Positions 16,629 to 26,439 of a DNA stretch of 64,000 bases are shown here, piece by piece (the stretch's first letter is position 1; every line of letters begins with the position of its first letter). The position numbers were made by a program, and so were the translations under genes. Source of the stretch: Oscillospiraceae bacterium (GTDB lineage Bacteria; Bacillota; Clostridia; Oscillospirales; Oscillospiraceae). Location of the stretch: the NCBI GenBank assembly GCA_015068165.1, contig SVKZ01000003.1:936-64935 (forward strand), in the 5' to 3' direction. Below the pieces are notes generated by a model, which was not told the DNA's origin, made no database searches, and saw nothing but the letters and a program-made list of their open reading frames with translations.

Positions 16629-18373
16629 TATGCAAGACCTCCTTTTTGCTGAGAATAAAATACTTCCTGATAGATGGTGGAAGATTGTATCAGTTCCTCG
16701 TGGGTGCCAACGGCGCTGATCTGGCCGTTATTCAAAACAACGATCATATCCGCATCCTGCACAGAGGCGACACGTTGGGCAATGATGAGTTTGGTAGTGC
16801 CGGGAATCTCCTCCCGGAAGGCCTGCCGGATCAGCGCATCGGTGCGGGTATCCACGGCAGAGGTAGAGTCGTCCAAAATCAGAATTTTGGGCTTTTTCAG
16901 GAGCGCCCGGGCAATACAAAGCCGCTGTTTTTGGCCGCCGGAGACGTTTTTGCCGCCCTGTTCGATATAGGTATCATAGCCGTCGGGGAAAGACACGATA
17001 AAATCATGGGCGCAGGCCAAACGGCAAGCGTGTTCCATTTCCTCGTCGGTGGCATTGGGATTGCCCCAGCGGAGATTATCTTTGATTGTGCCGGAGAACA
17101 GCTCGTTCTTTTGTAGTACCATAGCAATGTTATCCCGGAGCACAGTCAAATCATATTCCCGAACATCTCTGCCGCCAACTTTCAGAGAACCCTCGGAAAC
17201 ATCATAAAGGCGGGGGAGCAGTTGCACAAAAGTAGACTTGCCAGAGCCTGTGCCACCTAAAATACCTACGGTAGCACCACTGGGGATGTGCAGATTGATC
17301 TCCTTGAGGGTGCGGTGTTGTGCGGTGGCGGAATAACGGAAAGATACATTTTCAAAATCAATAGAACCGTCAGGAATGGCCGTAACGGCATTTTCGGGAG
17401 ATACAAGATCCGGTTCTTCTGCCAGCAGTTCGCCACAGCGACGCAGGGGAGTGCGGCTCATGGTGATCATAACAAAGACCATACTGAGCATCATTAAGCC
17501 CCCGAGAATTTGGGTGGTATAAGTAAACATAGAGGATAGCTGACCGGTGGTCAGTCCCAGCAGAGGATCATTACCGGATGACACAACCATCTGTGCGCCA
17601 AACCAGGAAATGGCAAGCATACACACATAAACGCAGGACATCATAATGGGGCTGTTGAGGGCAAGAATTTTCTCGGCTTTAGAGAAATCTCTTGCCAGTT
17701 CCTCGGAAATGTCCAGGAATTTTTCGTTTTCTTTTCCTTCCCGGACAAAGCTTTTCACAACCCGCATACCGTGGACATTTTCCTGAACGACGGTGTTCAG
17801 CCTGTCAATTTTCTTAAAGCCCCGGTCAAAAATCTTAAATACCATTGGCGTTAGCAATACCAGCGCAAGAATTAAAACAGGCATTACAAACAGGTAGACC
17901 CGAGCCAGTTCCGGGCTGATCTGCCAGGCAGAGATCAGTGCCAGCACCAGCATCACAGGACACCGAATCGCCATACGGATCATCATTTGGAAGGTCATCT
18001 GCAAATTTGCCACATCGGATGTAAGCCGGGTAACAATAGAAGCGGAGGAGAACTTGTCGATATTACTAAAGCCAAACTTCTGCACTCGGTAAAACATATC
18101 GTGGCGCAGATTTTTCGCAAAACCGGTACTTGCCCGGGAGGCAAAAATGGCAGAAGCCACGCCGAACATCAGGGAAGCCAGGGCGCAAAGAACCAGTAGC
18201 ATAGATTTTGTGGCAATTACCTGCATGTCCTGCAGTTTTACGCCGTAGTCATACAAATCTGCCATTACCAGAGGGATGGTTACTTCCATTGCTACTTCGC
18301 CAATCATACATGCGGGGCTTAGTATAGCGGCCCATTTATATTCCCGGACACAGCGGAGAAGTCGTCTTATCAT
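16628..18373 (-). CDS. ABC exporter TMD-NBD subunit (degenerate-site subunit of a heterodimer)
   Basis: GGTGSGKS; VSGGQ; ILDDSTS (Asp for catalytic Glu); AQR (Gln for switch His). Confidence 0.95.
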   Translation of the reverse strand: MIRRLLRCVREYKWAAILSPACMIGEVAMEVTIPLVMADLYDYGVKLQDMQVIATKSMLLVLCALASLMFGVASAIFASRASTGFAKNLRHDMFYRVQKFGFSNIDKFSSASIVTRLTSDVANLQMTFQMMIRMAIRCPVMLVLALISAWQISPELARVYLFVMPVLILALVLLTPMVFKIFDRGFKKIDRLNTVVQENVHGMRVVKSFVREGKENEKFLDISEELARDFSKAEKILALNSPIMMSCVYVCMLAISWFGAQMVVSSGNDPLLGLTTGQLSSMFTYTTQILGGLMMLSMVFVMITMSRTPLRRCGELLAEEPDLVSPENAVTAIPDGSIDFENVSFRYSATAQHRTLKEINLHIPSGATVGILGGTGSGKSTFVQLLPRLYDVSEGSLKVGGRDVREYDLTVLRDNIAMVLQKNELFSGTIKDNLRWGNPNATDEEMEHACRLACAHDFIVSFPDGYDTYIEQGGKNVSGGQKQRLCIARALLKKPKILILDDSTSAVDTRTDALIRQAFREEIPGTTKLIIAQRVASVQDADMIVVLNNGQISAVGTHEELIQSSTIYQEVFYSQQKGGLA

Positions 18374-19353
18374 CGTGTTTGGTCGCCTCCTTCAGGCTTT
18401 TTTAGTGCATCATATACGCAGGCGTAGACCGTTTCTACCTGACCGCGGAACAGATAATATAGAATAAATTGCAATATGGCGGAGAAAAGAGTGAAAATCA
18501 TAAGCGCCCATTCTTCAGAGAAGGGGAGGGCAATGCCTGCGGCGGGGAAAAGCAAATCGGCGTAGGAAACGAATGTGGAGACAAAAAGCAAAAGATAATA
18601 CCACCAAAGATGCAGGTCTAATTTCAAAAGACTCATCCGATTGCCTTGCATTAAAAATGTACTTTCGTGCAAAGCTTGGAAAGCGCCGGGTTTTTCGCTA
18701 TCCAAAAGGGCGTAATCGCTCATCCGATAGCGGTAAAAAACAGGAATGGTAAATACTGCAGCGCCTAAAACACACAGACCGTAAAATAGACCAATATCCC
18801 AAAAGCTTAAACGGTCGAGTTGCACAGCCATGATTTCTTCTGCGGTGGCATTGGCAAAGGTAGGATCCTGCGTGATCTGTGTGATGGTGTTGACGAAACT
18901 GTTAGAAAGAGGAGTGGCGGTATAAATCAGAGAGCCCAGAAAAACACCGACAAACATAGCGGCCATATAGCGAAGAGTCCGCAGAAGCATCAGCCGCAAG
19001 GCTGCACCCCATCGGCGGAAGCCTTCTAAAAGATTTTTGGGCTGTGCAGACAGCCCGCGGCTGATCTGCATAGCATTATAAAGCAAACCAAGTTGCCAAA
19101 AAGGCAGAAAAACGCGAATCGTAAAGTTCAGAACCGTTTGAACGGTCTGCAATGTACTGCGGATACCAATATCGGAAAGACCGCCGGTATTTGCAAGCTG
19201 TCCTTCCAAAATTAAGTTGATTGCCGTAACCAAAATGGGAAGAACCAAAGCGGGCAAAGCATAGAGAAGCACTACCCGGCGATTCTGCCCGGCATCTTTT
19301 TCCCAAGCGGCGTTTGCTCTTTGGCAGACAGTGGCAGAAGACTCAAAATGCAT
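18370..19353 (-). CDS. DUF975-like integral membrane protein
   Basis: AAGGAG RBS before ATG 19353; several TM segments; YRYRMSDY..ALHESTFLMQGNRMSLLKLDL motif; ATGA overlap with the ABC gene. Confidence 0.7.
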   Translation of the reverse strand: MHFESSATVCQRANAAWEKDAGQNRRVVLLYALPALVLPILVTAINLILEGQLANTGGLSDIGIRSTLQTVQTVLNFTIRVFLPFWQLGLLYNAMQISRGLSAQPKNLLEGFRRWGAALRLMLLRTLRYMAAMFVGVFLGSLIYTATPLSNSFVNTITQITQDPTFANATAEEIMAVQLDRLSFWDIGLFYGLCVLGAAVFTIPVFYRYRMSDYALLDSEKPGAFQALHESTFLMQGNRMSLLKLDLHLWWYYLLLFVSTFVSYADLLFPAAGIALPFSEEWALMIFTLFSAILQFILYYLFRGQVETVYACVYDALKKPEGGDQTR

Positions 19354-19525
19354 AATAAACTCCTTAATAAAATATGCTAACTTATAGTGTACGGCAAAAC
19401 AGGGGAAATAGCAAATGAAATTTTTGTAAAAGTTAAGAAAAGCGGCTCCGTTTTTCGACTTGCCTTGACTTTTTTGCCCGGGACAGTATAATAAAAAAGT
19501 AAAAACCTGAAATGGAGAGTTTCTT

Positions 19526-20080
19526 ATGAAATACCGTATGACGATCGCAGGCCTCGAGAGAGATCTGCCTATCTGCAAAATCAGCGATAATTTGGCGATC
19601 GGCGCATTTGTTATCTTTGGTGATCAGGAGTTGACCGTGGCTTGCGCCCGGGAGCTTTTGAAGAAAGCGCCGGAGTATGATTATATGATTGCCCCTGAGG
19701 CTAAGGGTATTCCTTTGGTTCACGAAATGGCTCGCCAGTCCGGCGCAAAGCAGTATTTCCTGGCCCGGAAAGCCCCTAAGCTGTATATGCGGGATGTGTT
19801 CTCCGCAACTGTCCGTTCCATTACCACCGCCAAGGAGCAGACACTGTATTTAGATAAAGCCGATGCCGAGCAGATGAAGGGCAAGCGAATCCTGATTGTT
19901 GACGATGTAATCTCCTCTGGTGAGAGCCTTCACGCACTGGAAAACTTAGTGGAAAAGGCCGGCGGTCAGATTGTAGGCCGTATGGCAATTTTGGTAGAGG
20001 GCGAAGCCCAGTACCGTGCCGATCTGACTTATCTTGAAAAACTGCCCTTGTTCCATCCCGATGGAACGGTAATTGCCTGA
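19526..20080 (+). CDS. Type I phosphoribosyltransferase (adenine PRT-like)
   Basis: PEAKGI loop; ILIVDDVISSGES PRPP-binding motif; TTGACT-N16-TATAAT upstream. Confidence 0.85.
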   Translation: MKYRMTIAGLERDLPICKISDNLAIGAFVIFGDQELTVACARELLKKAPEYDYMIAPEAKGIPLVHEMARQSGAKQYFLARKAPKLYMRDVFSATVRSITTAKEQTLYLDKADAEQMKGKRILIVDDVISSGESLHALENLVEKAGGQIVGRMAILVEGEAQYRADLTYLEKLPLFHPDGTVIA

Positions 20081-20111
20081 TGGCATTTGGTACGCCAAAG
20101 GAGACAGGAAA

Positions 20112-21257
20112 ATGAACGAGAATTATGTGGCTCTGGACTTAGATGCCATCTGTCATAACTTGCAAACGGTAGCGGACTGTACAAAAGCATCGGTTTGCGG
20201 TGTAATTAAGGCCGATGCTTACGGGCACGGCGCAGTAACGGTGGCAAAAACGATTGCGCCGTACTGTCGCTTTTTCGGAGTTTCCTGTCTGGAGGAGGCG
20301 TTGGAGCTGCAAAAAGCAGGGCTTACGTTGCCAATTTTGATTCTCAGCCATACAGACCGGGCAGATTACCCGGTTTTGGTATCAAACGGAATCCGACCTG
20401 CTATTTTCTCCCTGGAGGACGGGGAAGCGTTGTCCCGTGAAGCCAAAAAACAAGGCGTAACAGTGCCCTTTCACTTCGTGGTAGATACGGGGATGCATCG
20501 CATTGGCTTTCCGGCAGAGGAAGGCTCTGTAGAGCTGTGCAAAAAAATCGCATCCCTTCCCAATCTGGAGGCAGAGGGCATTTTCAGCCATTTTGCTACA
20601 GCGGATGAACAGGATCTTTCTAAAACAGGACGTCAGCAGAAATTGTTTGACGAATTTTGTGAAAATCTGGAGAAGGAAGGTCTTCACGTAAAATATCGGC
20701 ACTTAAACAACTCTGCGGCGTCCGTTCGTCTTGCGGAACATTACGATATGGTCCGGGCAGGCATTATTATTTACGGACATACACCCAGCGAGGATATGGA
20801 CATCTCCCATTTGGATATTCGGCCGGCTCTGAGCTGGTATAGTAAAATATCCTATATTAAGCAGTTGGAAGCCGGATGTGAAATCAGCTACGGCGGTACT
20901 TTTGTAACCTCCAGGCCTACCCTTGTGGCAACCCTCCCTGTGGGTTACGGCCACGGCTATCCCCGCAGTTTGAGCAACCGCTATTATGTGCTGATTAAGG
21001 GTAAGCGTGCGCCGATCCTGGGTCGGGTTTGTATGGATCAGATGATGGTGGATGTAACAGATATCCCCGGTGTAACCCAGCAGGATATTGCCGTTCTTGT
21101 AGGCCACAGCGGCGAGGAGGAGATTACCGTAGAAGATATCTCCCGGGTCGCCGGAAGTTTTAATTATGAGTTTTTGTGCGGCATTGCCCGCCGGGTGCCA
21201 CGGTTATATTACCGAGACGGTAAGTTGGTGGAAAAGCGAAACTATTTATTGGATTAA
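20112..21257 (+). CDS. alr: Alanine racemase
   Basis: VIKADAYGHG PLP-lysine motif; DTGMHRIG; ISYG; ILGRVCMDQ. Confidence 0.96.
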   Translation: MNENYVALDLDAICHNLQTVADCTKASVCGVIKADAYGHGAVTVAKTIAPYCRFFGVSCLEEALELQKAGLTLPILILSHTDRADYPVLVSNGIRPAIFSLEDGEALSREAKKQGVTVPFHFVVDTGMHRIGFPAEEGSVELCKKIASLPNLEAEGIFSHFATADEQDLSKTGRQQKLFDEFCENLEKEGLHVKYRHLNNSAASVRLAEHYDMVRAGIIIYGHTPSEDMDISHLDIRPALSWYSKISYIKQLEAGCEISYGGTFVTSRPTLVATLPVGYGHGYPRSLSNRYYVLIKGKRAPILGRVCMDQMMVDVTDIPGVTQQDIAVLVGHSGEEEITVEDISRVAGSFNYEFLCGIARRVPRLYYRDGKLVEKRNYLLD

Positions 21258-21518
21258 TGAGGGAAACGCCCACCGTTTTAAGCGGTGGGCGTTTCCAAAA
21301 GGGAATAAAAGAAGAGAGATAGAAAAAAGAAAAGGTTATGTTTGCAGGAAGGATTGTCTCCTCCTGTGCCTACAGTATATCATAGTTTCCCCGGCGGTTG
21401 TTTAAGGAAATGAAAATAAAAAGAAATAAATTTATGAACAACTCTTTATTTTACGGAGATCCTCTTGATTAAAGTGGGAAAAATGTTATAATCAAAGAAA
21501 AAATGTGAGGAAGCAAAA

Positions 21519-22322
21519 ATGGGAAAGTTTTTTGAAGACTTATTAAAAGAATTAAGCCAATTTACATTAGGCAAGCTGCTCCCGGCGCTTATTTTGTTGG
21601 TGGCGGGTCTTGCAATGATTAAGATTATACTGCGGATTGTAAAGGCAATGCTGAAGAAAAGCAAATTAGACGCAGCGGCACATAGTTTAATCCGGTCGGT
21701 AGTAAAGGTTGTTCTGCTTATTCTACTGGGACTGATTGTGGCATCTAGTTTAGGCGTGGATGTAACCGGTATTGTGGCTTTGGCATCCGTTCTCACTTTG
21801 GCAATTTCTCTGTCTGTGCAGGACCTTTTAAGCAATGTGTTCGGCGGTTTTACCCTTTTGTATACCCGCCCCTTTGCCGCAGGCGATTTTGTAGAGATTG
21901 CCGGTCAGACCGGATCTATTATAGAAATCGGCCTTGCCTATACCAAGCTCAACACCGCAGATAATAAGCTGGTTTCTATCCCTAACAGCGCAGTTGTATC
22001 TGCAGAAATCGTCAACTATACTGCTAACGGCACCCGTCGGGCAGAACTGATGGTAACGGCGTCTTATGATGCCCCTGTAGAGGTTGTACTATCAGCCCTT
22101 CGGGAGGCGGCGGATTTGGAAACCGTGGAAAAGACGCCGGAAATCTTTGTGGCGGTCAACAGCTACGGCGACCACAGCATCCAGTATGTCCTGCGCTTCT
22201 GGAGCAAAAACGAAAATTATGGAGTCAATTATTTTGGCGTAAATAAGCGGATCAAGGAAATCTTCGATGCCCGTGGCATTCAAATGACTTATCCGCACCT
22301 GAATGTCCATCTGGACAAATAA
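21519..22322 (+). CDS. mscS: Small-conductance mechanosensitive channel (MscS family)
   Basis: Three N-terminal TM helices; RPFAAGDFVEI; IPNS; FDARGIQMTYPHLNVH. Confidence 0.9.
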   Translation: MGKFFEDLLKELSQFTLGKLLPALILLVAGLAMIKIILRIVKAMLKKSKLDAAAHSLIRSVVKVVLLILLGLIVASSLGVDVTGIVALASVLTLAISLSVQDLLSNVFGGFTLLYTRPFAAGDFVEIAGQTGSIIEIGLAYTKLNTADNKLVSIPNSAVVSAEIVNYTANGTRRAELMVTASYDAPVEVVLSALREAADLETVEKTPEIFVAVNSYGDHSIQYVLRFWSKNENYGVNYFGVNKRIKEIFDARGIQMTYPHLNVHLDK

Positions 22323-22331
22323 AATGTATAA

Positions 22332-22449
22332 TCGCAATTTGTTGGGATAAGCTATTACCGGACAAAACAGAAGCGGCAAAGCTATCACCGCGACGGCGGT
22401 ATATCTTTAGAAGCGGAAATTTGTCAAGTGTATCGCCGGCAAGATGCGA
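22332..22449 (+). ncRNA. Candidate rod-shaped structured RNA (6S-like)
   Basis: End-to-end pairing: TCGCAATTTGTTGGGATA with TATCGCCGGCAAGATGCGA; GACAAA/TTTGTC; terminal ACCGC-GACG-GCGGT; followed by hairpin 22451-22478. Confidence 0.4.
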
Positions 22450-22498
22450 AACAGGGGAAAACGAAAGCTTTCTCCTGTACATAGAAAGGAAGAACCCT

Positions 22499-23260
22499 AT
22501 GGCGAAAAGGTCAGACCCGATCGGCGTATTTGACTCCGGTGTAGGCGGAATCAGCGTTTTACGCGCCCTGGTACAAAAAATGCCCGGGGAGAATTATATC
22601 TATTTTGGAGACTCTGCCAACGCGCCCTACGGCACCCGCACGCCTCAGGAGGTAACAGACCTTGCCTGTGCAGTGGCGGAGAAGTTAGCCCAGCAGGGAG
22701 TAAAGGCGCTGGTAGTGGCTTGCAATACCAGTACTGCGGTGGCGATGGAAAAGCTGAAAGCTGAGCACCCGGATATAACGATTGTGGGCATTGAGCCATC
22801 TGTAGGCTTGGCGGCGGCTTCATACCCCACGGGAAGAATCGGTGTGCTGGCGACACCGACTACCATTGCCGGACGGCGGTTTATGTATCAGGCAGAGCCG
22901 TATCCCCAGGCGCGGATTGATTTGATTCCTGCGCCCAATCTTGTGGAGATTGTGGAAGCGGGCAAGTATGATACAGAGGAAGCCGATGCCTATTTGGGTA
23001 ACCTCCTTGCGCCTTATATCGGCAAGCTGGATGCCTTGGTGCTGGGCTGCACCCATTATCCCTTCGTGGAAAAAGCGCTCCGCCGGGTATTGGGCGACCG
23101 GGTGGCATTTTTTGACGGAAGCAGTTTGACTGCGGCGGAAACCTATGAAAAACTACGGTCTGCTGACCTGCTCAATGAAAACGGCGGCAATGTTCGGATC
23201 GAAAACAGCTCGGCAGATAAAAAGCTTTTGGAACTGTCTATGAAACTTTTAGAAGAGTAA
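22499..23260 (+). CDS. murI: Glutamate racemase
   Basis: IGVFDSGVGG, PYG, VACNTS, LGCTHYP motifs. Confidence 0.96.
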   Translation: MAKRSDPIGVFDSGVGGISVLRALVQKMPGENYIYFGDSANAPYGTRTPQEVTDLACAVAEKLAQQGVKALVVACNTSTAVAMEKLKAEHPDITIVGIEPSVGLAAASYPTGRIGVLATPTTIAGRRFMYQAEPYPQARIDLIPAPNLVEIVEAGKYDTEEADAYLGNLLAPYIGKLDALVLGCTHYPFVEKALRRVLGDRVAFFDGSSLTAAETYEKLRSADLLNENGGNVRIENSSADKKLLELSMKLLEE

Positions 23261-23305
23261 GAAAAGCCTCACCTATGGTGGGGCTTTTTACAAAGGAAGA
23301 TAAGT

Positions 23306-24217
23306 ATGATCGATTTTTTGCCCTTTGATATTGAAAAAAAGACGGATTACGACAAGTATCTTACTACCTGCGGCATTCGTGGCTGCGAATACAGTTTTGC
23401 CAATCTCTATTTGTGGGGTAGACAGAAAGCGGCTTTTTTAGAAGACCAGCTGGTATTTTTCTCGCAGTTTAACCGAAAAAGCGTCTACCTGTTTCCGGTA
23501 GGCCCGGGAGACCGGAAAACGGCCATTGATGCCATTATTGCCGATGCTGCCCAGCGGGGAATCCCTTGCAGACTTACGGGACTTTTGCCGGAAGATATAG
23601 AATTGGTGGAACGTCTGTATCCCGGTAGATTTCGCTTCCACAACGACCGGGACAGCTATGACTATGTTTATGATATTAACGGCCTGGCAGAGCTGCGGGG
23701 AAAGAAATATCAGAAAAAACGCAATCACTTAAACCGGTTTCTCACCCAGTACACCGATTGCCGGGCAGAGCCTGTTTCCGCAGACAATGAAACGGCGGTC
23801 CGGCAAATGATTGATAAATGGTATGCCCTCCGGGAGCAGGAAGACCCGTCTGCGGACTATCATATGGAAAAGGCGGCCATCTATAAGGCGTTGGACAACC
23901 GCCAAAAACTGCAAATGGAGGGCTTTTGCCTGTTTGTGGGCGGTGAGTGTGTGGCAATGAGTATGGCTTCTGCGCTTTCGGAGGCGGTATTTGATGTCCA
24001 TTTTGAAAAGGCACTGGAAAAAACCGAAGGGGCATATGTGGCAATCAATTACTTTTTCTCCCGGTATCTTAGAGAGAAATACGCCGCAGTAAAATACCTC
24101 AACCGTGAGGACGATATGGGCATTCCCGGATTGCGCCACGCAAAGCTCTCCTACCGCCCGGACTATATGGTGGAAAAAAGCTGGGCTTGTCTTTTGGAGG
24201 ACGAATATGACTATTGA
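23306..24217 (+). CDS. DUF2156 (standalone aminoacyl-transferase C-terminal-like, GNAT fold) protein
   Basis: EYSFANLYLW, DYVY, KKRNHLNRF, HFEKA, NREDDMGIPGLRHAKLSYRP motifs. Confidence 0.85.
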   Translation: MIDFLPFDIEKKTDYDKYLTTCGIRGCEYSFANLYLWGRQKAAFLEDQLVFFSQFNRKSVYLFPVGPGDRKTAIDAIIADAAQRGIPCRLTGLLPEDIELVERLYPGRFRFHNDRDSYDYVYDINGLAELRGKKYQKKRNHLNRFLTQYTDCRAEPVSADNETAVRQMIDKWYALREQEDPSADYHMEKAAIYKALDNRQKLQMEGFCLFVGGECVAMSMASALSEAVFDVHFEKALEKTEGAYVAINYFFSRYLREKYAAVKYLNREDDMGIPGLRHAKLSYRPDYMVEKSWACLLEDEYDY

Positions 24218-24947
24218 GAATCCAAAAATATCGGATATTCCTGTTTTGCGGCAGCTTTGGAAAGAGGCTTTTTCTGATACGGATGCTTTTTTGAATAGCT
24301 TTTTCTCTCTGGCTTTTTCACCGGAGAGAGCCTTAGTCATCCGTGAGGATGGAGATATTTTGGCGGCCCTTTACTATTTGGATTGCAGTTGGAATGAGAA
24401 AAAAGTTGCCTATATCTATGCTGTTGCGACGAAGAAAGCTCATCGGGGGAAGGGTTTATGCAAGGCGCTGATGACGGAGCTTCACAACCGGGCAAAAAGG
24501 ACAATCCTTGTGCCTGCCGATGAGAGCCTGCGTGCTTTTTACAGCCGTTTAGGGTATCGGGATTTTGGCGGAATGGAAGAAAACCTGTGTTATCCCGGCG
24601 GTACGGCAGTTATGGCAGAAAAACTGACAGCGGAAAGCTATGCCCAAAAGAGAAGAAAAATGATTCCTGCGGGCGGTGTGCTTCAGGAAGGGGTTTTCCT
24701 GCCTTTTCTGGAAGAAAATCTGGACTTTTACGGCGGAGAGGGCTGGCTCCTTGCAATCGTGAGGGAAAATGACAAAGCCTTTGCGCCCGAGTTTTTGGGA
24801 GATAAGACCTTGCTTCCCGGAATACTCAAGGAGTTGCAATATAAAGAAGCAAGGGTACGCTGCCCGGGAAAAACACCTTTTGCGATGTTTTGGAGTGCAG
24901 ATGGAGGGAATTCCCAGCCCGGATATTTTGCTTTTGCACTGGACTAA
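24207..24947 (+). CDS. GNAT family N-acetyltransferase
   Basis: YIYAVATKKAHRGKGLCKALM motif A; LVPA..FYSRLGY; overlaps the DUF2156 gene. Confidence 0.88.
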   Translation: MTIENPKISDIPVLRQLWKEAFSDTDAFLNSFFSLAFSPERALVIREDGDILAALYYLDCSWNEKKVAYIYAVATKKAHRGKGLCKALMTELHNRAKRTILVPADESLRAFYSRLGYRDFGGMEENLCYPGGTAVMAEKLTAESYAQKRRKMIPAGGVLQEGVFLPFLEENLDFYGGEGWLLAIVRENDKAFAPEFLGDKTLLPGILKELQYKEARVRCPGKTPFAMFWSADGGNSQPGYFAFALD

Positions 24948-25003
24948 GAGAAGAAAAGCGGATATAATGAATGGAAATTACCGATGTTTAGGAGAGACCT
25001 GAT

Positions 25004-26023
25004 TTGAATAATAAGCGTTCCTTAAACCGTTTTATAGGTGCTTTTTGGGCGGTTATCTGTGTTCTATTGCTGCTTGGATTGGGCTTGGCGATGAATGTAT
25101 TGCTTCTTCCGGAGGAAACCTTGCCGGGAGAGACTACGCTGCCTGCAACCGAACCTACAGACCTGCCTACAGACCCTACTGTTCCGGCACTATCCATTCC
25201 GGAGATAACGCTGACAGCCCGGCATAGCTTTGTCTACATACCGGAGACTGGCCAGTTTCTGATGCTCAAGGGCGAAGAGGACGATAAGATTTATCCTGCC
25301 AGCCTTACAAAGCTCTTTTCCACCTATGTGGCTCTTTTGCATATGGACCCGGCAGAAACGGTAACCGTGGGCAATGAGGTCAATACCGTTTCGGCGGATT
25401 CTTCTATTGCAGGATTGAGACCCGGAGACCGCCTGACGGTAAAACAGCTTGTGGAAGCGATGCTTTTGCCCAGCGGCAACGATGCGGCAGTGGTACTGGC
25501 GGTGGCGATGGGCAGAAAGCTGGAAAATAATCCGCAGATGTCTTATACAGCGGCAAAAGCCCGGTTTGTGGAGGAAATGAACCGCTGGGCGAGGACTTTG
25601 GGGCTGACCGGCACTCATTTTGAAAACCCAGACGGTTATCACAATGAGAATCACTATACGACTTGTCGGGATGTGCAAAAAATCGGACAGATGGCCCTTA
25701 CCAATAAGACCATTCGTCAGGCGATGGTTACCCAAAAGGTGGTTGTGGATCTGCAATACGATTATCCCGGTGGCTGGAAAAATACCAATCTTTTGATCCA
25801 ACCCTCCTCCGAGCACTATAATCCTGCAGCTATCGGTATGAAGACCGGCTATACCCGTGCGGCAGGCTACTGCCTGATGTCTGCATTCCGTTTGGAGGGG
25901 AAGACACTTATGGTAGGCGTTTTTGGCTGCCCGGAAAGCAATGACCGCTTCACGGATGCCAATGCAGTTTATGATGCTTATAGGAAAGGCACAGCAGAAG
26001 CAGGCGGATACTTTCTACAATAA
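25004..26023 (+). CDS. D-alanyl-D-alanine carboxypeptidase (peptidase S11), N-terminally anchored
   Basis: SxxK (ASLTK), SxN (SGN) and KTG motifs; N-terminal TM segment; TTG start. Confidence 0.92.
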   Translation: MNNKRSLNRFIGAFWAVICVLLLLGLGLAMNVLLLPEETLPGETTLPATEPTDLPTDPTVPALSIPEITLTARHSFVYIPETGQFLMLKGEEDDKIYPASLTKLFSTYVALLHMDPAETVTVGNEVNTVSADSSIAGLRPGDRLTVKQLVEAMLLPSGNDAAVVLAVAMGRKLENNPQMSYTAAKARFVEEMNRWARTLGLTGTHFENPDGYHNENHYTTCRDVQKIGQMALTNKTIRQAMVTQKVVVDLQYDYPGGWKNTNLLIQPSSEHYNPAAIGMKTGYTRAAGYCLMSAFRLEGKTLMVGVFGCPESNDRFTDANAVYDAYRKGTAEAGGYFLQ

Positions 26024-26053
26024 TTGGGGATTCAAAAAAGCTTTTTGGCAATA

Positions 26054-26427
26054 AAAAACTCCGAAAGGTTTAGCATTGTGTCTAAAAGGACACAATGTAT
26101 CGATATAAATCCCTGACGGGATTTTCGATATACACCTTCGGTGTTCGATATGTGCCGTGCACTCGATATGCCCTGTGGGGCGTGAAGGGATTTATATCAT
26201 ATCGAATTTACCGTAAGGTAAATATATCGATTTTTCCGCAAGGAAAAATATCGAATTGCGAAGCAATATATCGACAAAAAATTACTACCCGAAAAAGAGC
26301 GTTTATTTCTCTTCTTCGGGTAGTTTTGTCTTATACTGTCATAAGCAGGAAATTTATGTGCCAAATTCCAATTAAATTAAAGATAACTGTCCTTGGTGCC
26401 CCTGCTCTTTAACCTTTCGGAGTTTTT
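26054..26427. repeat. 374-bp region bounded by a perfect 17-bp inverted repeat (split terminator or MITE-like ends)
   Basis: AAAAACTCCGAAAGGTT 26054-26070 / AACCTTTCGGAGTTTTT 26411-26427. Confidence 0.7.
26100..26274. repeat. Structured heptamer-hairpin element, copy B (TCGATAT x4 / ATATCGA x4)
   Basis: TCGATAT 26100, 26125, 26145, 26163; ATATCGA 26199, 26224, 26248, 26268; hairpins between heptamers. Confidence 0.85.
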
Positions 26428-26439
26428 CTTATTCAAAAA

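Noticed and set aside
21320-21385. Possible tiny minus-strand RNA (extended -10 TGaTATACT, hairpin containing AGGAGG)
   Set aside because: No -35, no start codon after the SD-like sequence, and the U-tract is not adjacent to the hairpin; too weak.
22333-22478. c-di-GMP/c-di-AMP riboswitch or SRP RNA in the mscS-murI gap
   Set aside because: Diagnostic motifs are not found; kept only as a generic or 6S-like candidate.
26095-26412. 105-aa ORF
   Set aside because: It lies entirely over structured repeat element B and its flanking hairpins; most likely an incidental open frame.
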